From Acaryochloris thomasi RCC1774 (GTDB lineage Bacteria > Cyanobacteriota > Cyanobacteriia > Thermosynechococcales > Thermosynechococcaceae), in NCBI RefSeq assembly GCF_003231495.1, contig NZ_PQWO01000005.1, positions 321,400 through 353,399 of the forward strand: DNA of 32,000 bases, given 5' to 3'. The notes under the pieces were generated by a model. The model saw only the letters and a program-made list of their open reading frames with translations, had not been told where the DNA came from and searched no databases. Numbering within the stretch: the stretch's first letter is position 1; each line of letters begins with the position of its first letter. Positions 26,430 to 32,000 of the stretch are shown piece after piece. A program made the position numbers and the translations under genes.

Positions 26430-28913
26430 CTAATGATGAATATCAAGCGTCTGTCGCATTAGATCTGCCACATCAACGACAAATGCAATGTGACTGTCGT
26501 CTAAAATCGTACACCCGCGCACCGATCTAGGAAGCTTAACTGCATCACTGAGGGGATTAATTCTCATCTCAGATTTTATGATGAGATGCTTGATCATTGA
26601 CGTAATGGCAAATCGCTTCAGACCTTGCTGAACAACTAAGGTTAAGGCTGTATCACTCTTATCCTGACTTAAAGTTTCGGGCAGCCTGCAGGTAGAATTG
26701 AGCAGCTCAGATAGGTTGTAGAAAGGAACCATCTGCCCTTGCCAAGGCAAGAATTGCTGCTGCTTGGATTGAAAGAGTTGATCGAGGCGAGGAATTACAC
26801 ATCCCAAGATGTTGTCGTAGGGTAAGGCAAAGACAACTGAATTGGATAGCCAGATAAAGAAGTTATTTGTCTTGAGCGTGTTTGGAAAATTTTTTTCTAC
26901 CTCGACAGCTGAGCGGTCAGGGCTGTTGAGAGGTGTAAACTTTGAAGTTAATGGAACGGCAGTATCCTCAAACTGCGTGGGTTGGTGTGAAGACGACGTA
27001 GTGTGATGACTAGACTCTATCTCGCATATTGCCTGTTGTTGATTGGGGAGAGTTATCACAAATGACGTGCCGTCATGAGATGTTGAATGAATGGTGAGTG
27101 AACCCTTCAGCTCACCTAGGCGTGCCTGTAAGTACTTAAACCCAACGCCTAAGCCAATACGAGCGTAGTTCCAGCGGTGTGAATAAGATTTCGCCTGCAA
27201 TAGCAGGTCTAAAAGTTGCTGTTTAGATAAACGGGCTGCTTGTTCAGTTGACTGCAAACGAAGCAGGACTGACTGTTCGCGAATCTGTTCAAAATTCAAG
27301 CCTTGTCCATCATGGCCAATGCTAATCATGATGCGGTCTTTTTGCTGATCAGCCTGAATCTGTATCTGACCTTTTTTGGCTTTACTGAGGCGGTGACGCG
27401 TGTCTGGATCTTCAATTCCCTGCAGCAGTGACATGTAAATCAAAGACAAAATAAGGTGATTGAGGCTTCCACTAATCTCTCTATTGATGCGTACTTGATG
27501 ATTCTGATAATGGACTTCTACTTCTTTGCCTGAGGCTTCTGCCCACTTTTCTATGAACAGAGGTAAGCGATTGAAAAGTGCATCTAAAGATAACGTACGA
27601 AGTTGAAACAGATGTTGCTGTATTTGCTCTAGATGGTGATGCTGCTTTTGCAGGGGCTGCTCAGCTTGTAAGTGGAGGTCCAAAAGTTGTTTTGAAAAGT
27701 ATTCAATGTATCTGAGTTCATTGGTCATGGACTGGCTCAAGCTTTGCGGGCTCGCGCTAGAGACTGGCTGAGATGCAATGACCGTTTCCTGCAAGTGCAG
27801 TAGCTTTTTTTGAAAACTTTGAGCATAATGCTGAATCTTGCGATTCGCTACAGTTTGTTGGGTGAGATTGATGAATACATCATTGACGAGCTGGCTAACT
27901 GCTGTCAGCCGTTGATCATCAACGTGAATCTCTGCGTTCAAGGCATTTTTCGGAGTTGATCGCAGACCGAGTTCTCCCTGATGCGCCACAAAACCAGGTA
28001 GCTGGGGAGTCCGAGCAGACGGGTACTTGCTAGCTGAAAGCTGTTTGAGTTTTTCTGACGGTTGACCACCATGCGTGCGATCACCAGACAAGATGAGTAT
28101 TTGTCCGCTGAGAAAATCTGCTAATGCTATCTGAGCGATGGTTGTAGCCTTCTCTGGATGAAGATCTAAGGCGGATACAGCTGTCTTCGCAATTTCTCCG
28201 AACCCCTCTAGATTTAGCTGTATCGATAGATCAATGAAGACGCTGCATTGTTCACGCAGGTAGGCTGCTACGGCTGCTGTATCCGCATGAGCCAACGTGA
28301 AGGCTAGATTCGCGAGTCGTTGACCAATCCATGTCTCGAAGATAGCTTGGGTTACATCGGTCCCCGGCAAGCAATAATCTGCAATTTCATCAATACTCTC
28401 TTCCAATCGGCTTATCTGACGACGGTCACCGAAACTTTCTAGCTTCAGATGAAGTTGAGCAAAAATAGTGATAATCCACTTGAGGATCTCAGGTTCATCT
28501 AGCTGAATTGGCGTTGTTTCTGCCTGTAGAGGCAACTTCAAACATTCATACCCTTGCAGCAGAAGTGACTCTAACTCTGAGTCAACGACAACTCGTGGGT
28601 TCAGTAATTTTTTAAAGTTTTCTTCAAGCAGATGGGCAACAACTGAAACTGTTGGAAATTCAAGACTCTCTGCTGTCCCGCCCACACCATAGGTGAGCTG
28701 TATCAGGTGATTGATTCGATCTGAATTGGGATCGTCTTTGAGATGGCTAAGATTACGCTCAATCTCATCCAGCCGCTCGGAGGCGTTGACAAGGAAGGTT
28801 TTGTAGACGAGGTCTCGCTTTTCAGAGTCGGTAATCATGATCCACTTGAGGAGTTTTGGAACTTCCTCACCAGGCTTGTATTGATTAAACAAGCTCCTTA
28901 TAGCATCCGCCAA
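26430..28913 (-). CDS. CheA-like protein: two Hpt-like domains, dimerisation domain, degenerate HATPase domain, CheW-like domain; no receiver domain
   Basis: By-eye alignment to CheA. P1-like INHLIQLTYGVGGTAESLEF versus the INxxFRAAHTLKGSAGMLGF pattern. P3-like IHVDDQRLTAVSQLVNDVFI. P4-like HLILSLIYMSLLQGIE .. HDGQGL .. RIGLGVGF. The C-terminal CheW-like domain spans aa ~685-820. The start is uncertain: TTG 28913, or ATG 28838 (MITDSEKRDL..). Confidence 0.85.
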   Translation of the reverse strand: MADAIRSLFNQYKPGEEVPKLLKWIMITDSEKRDLVYKTFLVNASERLDEIERNLSHLKDDPNSDRINHLIQLTYGVGGTAESLEFPTVSVVAHLLEENFKKLLNPRVVVDSELESLLLQGYECLKLPLQAETTPIQLDEPEILKWIITIFAQLHLKLESFGDRRQISRLEESIDEIADYCLPGTDVTQAIFETWIGQRLANLAFTLAHADTAAVAAYLREQCSVFIDLSIQLNLEGFGEIAKTAVSALDLHPEKATTIAQIALADFLSGQILILSGDRTHGGQPSEKLKQLSASKYPSARTPQLPGFVAHQGELGLRSTPKNALNAEIHVDDQRLTAVSQLVNDVFINLTQQTVANRKIQHYAQSFQKKLLHLQETVIASQPVSSASPQSLSQSMTNELRYIEYFSKQLLDLHLQAEQPLQKQHHHLEQIQQHLFQLRTLSLDALFNRLPLFIEKWAEASGKEVEVHYQNHQVRINREISGSLNHLILSLIYMSLLQGIEDPDTRHRLSKAKKGQIQIQADQQKDRIMISIGHDGQGLNFEQIREQSVLLRLQSTEQAARLSKQQLLDLLLQAKSYSHRWNYARIGLGVGFKYLQARLGELKGSLTIHSTSHDGTSFVITLPNQQQAICEIESSHHTTSSSHQPTQFEDTAVPLTSKFTPLNSPDRSAVEVEKNFPNTLKTNNFFIWLSNSVVFALPYDNILGCVIPRLDQLFQSKQQQFLPWQGQMVPFYNLSELLNSTCRLPETLSQDKSDTALTLVVQQGLKRFAITSMIKHLIIKSEMRINPLSDAVKLPRSVRGCTILDDSHIAFVVDVADLMRQTLDIHH

Positions 28914-29388
28914 GGTATTTTTCTACCTCAGGAGTCCTTTCAAGATGAACGAATGACTTTTCTTCTACAAAACACAGATTGCTATGTGATTAATGCACCA
29001 TCGCTGTATAGCCAACGGGGCCGTCGACAGCAAATTCCAATGCCCTTGAAGCGTCTCTACCTCAAAGCGACTATTGGAAAAGCTTTGCGCGATCTCACCC
29101 TGCGACTTTATGCCAAGTGCCTTGTGTAACTTCACACTCCTGCTGATTTATCAAATAGTCAAACAGACGCCAATTTCTGATCGTGAATTTATGTTAAGAA
29201 TTCTCTGTTTAGGACGATATATGAATCAATTATTATGTTGAACTTGCGGTATAGCTTTTAGCTAAGAATTTCATCCCGCTTGTTGAGACTTCTATAAAAG
29301 AGTAGAAGCACAACGGCGCTCGTGAGATTTTTCGAGGTATATCGTTGTCACTGATCGCGATCGTCTATTTTATTGTGGCTTAACTGCT

Positions 29389-30462
29389 ATGCAATCTTCG
29401 CCACCCCGTCGTCCCAGATTGGCTCAAGCATCGCTTGAAAAACTGAGTGCGCCTAGCTCCGTCGGCGGCAGTCTTATTTTAGTCTTTGTGTTGATTTGGG
29501 CGGCTGTGCTTATTGGTAGTGGGTTTAGTCGGTTTGTGCGGCCTGCAAAAGTTCAGCTCATGGGTGCCAAATCCTCATATCCTCACCGTTTTACGCAAGT
29601 ACCGTCGGTCCCAACGGGCTCGTTTAAATATGGTGGCAGTACGGCTTGGGCGCCGATTCGACTGGTCGTTGATTCATCAATTCAAGCAGAGCGATTAGAG
29701 TTCCAGCTTCGCTATGTCGAACCTAGAGATTATCCCTCTAGCTCAAGCCAGGGCATTCGGATGCTGCTGTCGGGACAGTTAAGCTTTGCGCAATCAGCAC
29801 GTCCTTTGATGAGTGCAGAGTATGAAGCCGCAAAGCGACAGGGTATTACATTGAAACAAATTCCTGTGGCAATTGATGGTGTTGCTCTCGCTGTTCATCC
29901 TCGCCTCAATCTGCCAGGATTAACCCTTAACCAACTGCAGTTAATCTATAGCGGTCAGGTGAAAAACTGGAAGCAAGTCGGGGGGCCTGACCTGGAAGTT
30001 CTTCCCTTTTGGCGCTTTCAGAATGCGACGCATTTGATGGATTTCCCGGTGGGGGGACTCTACAGCCGTCCGACCAAAATGATGAACTTTGAGGCCGTGC
30101 CGACAACGACTGAAGCACTGCGTCGTTTAGCTGGGTCTCCAGGCGGACTCTACTATGCTTCTGCATCGGTCTTGGTGCCGCAGTGTTCCGTCAAGCTTTT
30201 GCCCTTGGGGCGTCAGCCTGGACGGTTTGTCGCACCCTACGTTGGTCCTCAAGGCTCAGTTGGAGAATGCCCTAATCCTCGTCCTCGGATTAATCTAAGT
30301 GCCTTGCAGACGGGCCAATATCCGATCACACGCTATCTGTACGTCATTGTTAAGGAGAATGGACAGGTCGAACAGCAAGCCGGTGAAGCCTACGTTAATT
30401 TTTTACTCACACGGCAAGGGCAGGCATTACTTTCCCAGGCAGGGTTTGTCTCTCTTCGGTGA
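29389..30462 (+). CDS. Membrane-anchored PstS-family (PBP_like_2) periplasmic substrate-binding protein
   Basis: N-terminal TM (SLILVFVLIWAAVLIGSGF), then PBP motifs FKYGGSTAWAPI, VAIDGVALAVHP and LTLNQLQLIYSGQVKNWKQVGG. No pstCAB genes are adjacent. Confidence 0.8.
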   Translation: MQSSPPRRPRLAQASLEKLSAPSSVGGSLILVFVLIWAAVLIGSGFSRFVRPAKVQLMGAKSSYPHRFTQVPSVPTGSFKYGGSTAWAPIRLVVDSSIQAERLEFQLRYVEPRDYPSSSSQGIRMLLSGQLSFAQSARPLMSAEYEAAKRQGITLKQIPVAIDGVALAVHPRLNLPGLTLNQLQLIYSGQVKNWKQVGGPDLEVLPFWRFQNATHLMDFPVGGLYSRPTKMMNFEAVPTTTEALRRLAGSPGGLYYASASVLVPQCSVKLLPLGRQPGRFVAPYVGPQGSVGECPNPRPRINLSALQTGQYPITRYLYVIVKENGQVEQQAGEAYVNFLLTRQGQALLSQAGFVSLR

Positions 30463-30625
30463 ATACAGACTCTCATCTATTCTTCGAACCTTGGCAATTG
30501 TTTGTAGTCTAGAGGATATTTGAATCGCTTGTATAAATTAGCCTCTAGAATTAGCGCCCGCCTGACACAATGATTTTCTCTTATCTCAAGAGCGTTCAAA
30601 CTCTAAAAGTATTTAAGGTCTGGAA

Positions 30626-31621
30626 ATGACTCAAAGATTGCTTCAGTCAATACTTTTTCCCGTTCGGCAATTTGGGATGCATTTTAGGACTAAAGGCATT
30701 GTCCTCGCGATGACATTGAGTATGCTGCCTGTACTCATGGTGGGTACTGTCAGTTTCTATGTTGGAAACCGCGCCATTTTGGAGCAGGCAAACCAGGTGA
30801 AGCGGGTGGGGGTATTGGGGCCAGCTGAAGCTGAATTTTTGAGAGAAAGGCAACTCAGGCTACTGGGGCAAATGTTGATGGGAACTGGCCTAACAGCCTT
30901 GTCGGCAGGAGCTATTGCGGCTGGGATCACAGGTCACTTCCTTCAAGTTGTGAATCGCAACAGTCGCTCTGGAGAGATTAGTCATCCTACTGAATCTAAG
31001 GCAGAGCCGTTTGAGATTGAGCAAGATGCGAATTTTCAGGAGCTGCATCAAGACAGCCAGTCCACCATCAAAGGGACAGCGTCAGATCTAAATCAGTCTG
31101 TTGTTCTAACGGGGGGGCTCCGTCGTATTCTGGCAATTGCTGGCTCAGCGCGAGAATTAGCGGCCAATATTGAAAAAGCTCACATCCCAATGCAGCCTTC
31201 TCGTGAGCCGCTCACCGAACAGTTGTCTATTGATGATCCTGCAAGTGATCTCTCTGACATTCAAACAACCTTTGCAGAGGTGACACGCAATGCTCAACAT
31301 ATCGGTGACAGAACGCATCGAATTTCTGAAATCATAAGTTCTATCGATGATCTGGCGATACAAGTCAATCAAGTTTCTATCAATGCTCTGATTAAATCAG
31401 GCCGAGAAAAAGCGGTGGACCTGGAAGCTTCGCTGTTAACGACTGAGATGCTCCGATCTTTAACGAGTGATATCGTTCAAAAGACAACAGAAGTGACCCC
31501 CGTTGTCTCGAAGATAAAAGCCGATATTAGTGCTGTGGAGTCTGGAATTGAGCTTGGGACCGAAAAGATTGCGGCAAGAGTTGAATTGCCTCTAGAGACC
31601 TGGGGGAAGAGCAGACAATAG
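30626..31621 (+). CDS. Miniature methyl-accepting-chemotaxis-protein-like protein (2 TM, ~35-aa outer loop, short diverged signalling hairpin)
   Basis: Cyanobacterial-MCP-type N-terminus (RTKGIVLAMTLSMLPVLMVGTVSFYVGNRA). Second TM at aa ~82-106. Tip-like segment ISEIISSIDDLAIQVNQVSINALIKSGREKA versus the canonical IxxIxxIAxQTNLLALNAAIEAARAGE. Confidence 0.65.
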   Translation: MTQRLLQSILFPVRQFGMHFRTKGIVLAMTLSMLPVLMVGTVSFYVGNRAILEQANQVKRVGVLGPAEAEFLRERQLRLLGQMLMGTGLTALSAGAIAAGITGHFLQVVNRNSRSGEISHPTESKAEPFEIEQDANFQELHQDSQSTIKGTASDLNQSVVLTGGLRRILAIAGSARELAANIEKAHIPMQPSREPLTEQLSIDDPASDLSDIQTTFAEVTRNAQHIGDRTHRISEIISSIDDLAIQVNQVSINALIKSGREKAVDLEASLLTTEMLRSLTSDIVQKTTEVTPVVSKIKADISAVESGIELGTEKIAARVELPLETWGKSRQ

Positions 31622-31685
31622 GCTGCCCTACTTTTTTGTTCGTGGCTCACACGCTGGCAAAATAAGCGATGAATTATTTAGATCT

Positions 31686-31916
31686 ATGAGAATGGTCAGT
31701 GGCCATGGGGCAAAGGATCAGCTTTTGAGAACCAGCCTTGCTAACTCTGAGAGGCTGCGCTGTTCGGGTTGGGATGCGATCTCACCTAAAACCATCATTC
31801 CTGCCAATACTGTTGTGGATGCCCATTTGTTGATTAATCGCGAGCTGTCTCTAGGTTTTTGTATACCTGGAACATTCGCCGGTAGTCCTAAACGGGTAAG
31901 GATATTCTATCGATAA
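31686..31916 (+). pseudogene. Truncated, diverged second copy of the 3' end of the NDP-sugar pyrophosphorylase gene
   Basis: PKTIIPANTVVDAHLLINRELSLGFCIPGTFA aligns codon-for-codon with PNTVIPANTVVGAYSLIDRTLSAGFYAPGTLA at 25531-25631. Similarity is traceable from about 31735. The nucleotidyltransferase N-terminal domain is absent. Confidence 0.6.
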
Positions 31917-32000
31917 GGGGATGTATGTTCTCCTATGCTTATGCGAGTGTTGACTCGTCGTCATCCATCGTTTTCCGTGTCTTCTGCTCTACCAGCGTGT

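Noticed and set aside
28743-29129. 128-aa plus-strand ORF across the CheA-like gene start and the divergent spacer
   Set aside because: It overlaps the CheA-like 5' coding region in antisense and has no motif or SD. The spacer is more plausibly a divergent promoter region.

Overview
This is a cyanobacterial chromosomal segment. I count 15 copies of the HIP1 octamer GCGATCGC, and the gene content is typical of cyanobacteria. I cannot assign a species from the sequence.

Positions 1292-25634 are core metabolism:
- The oxidative pentose phosphate operon fbp-tal-zwf-opcA on the minus strand.
- A cupin protein, a sodium:solute symporter, an LDH/MDH-family dehydrogenase and PPK2.
- A nitrogen-assimilation run on the plus strand: an RCK-type K+ channel abutting an ammonium transporter with a HAMP-like tail, then glnN (type III GS) and glnA (type I GS).
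- An overlapping tocopherol gene pair (gamma-TMT and homogentisate phytyltransferase).
- A Uma2 nuclease, an SpkB-like Ser/Thr kinase, tRNA-Asn(GTT), an LCP-family protein and an NDP-sugar pyrophosphorylase.

The right-hand ~6.3 kb (about 25.6-31.9 kb) looks accessory. It is AT-richer in parts and lacks HIP1. It is bracketed by the 3' end of the NDP-sugar gene and a diverged, truncated second copy of that same 3' end. It carries an orphan chemosensory-like triad:
- A CheA-like protein whose phospho-His and ATP-binding motifs look degenerate.
- A membrane-anchored PstS-like binding protein.
- A miniature MCP-like protein.

This triad is my best candidate for an undescribed system. The left ~1.3 kb is also AT-rich and holds one orphan Cys-rich ORF. 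I saw no CRISPR array, rRNA, transposase or integrase. All homology calls come from reading motifs by eye, not from database searches.
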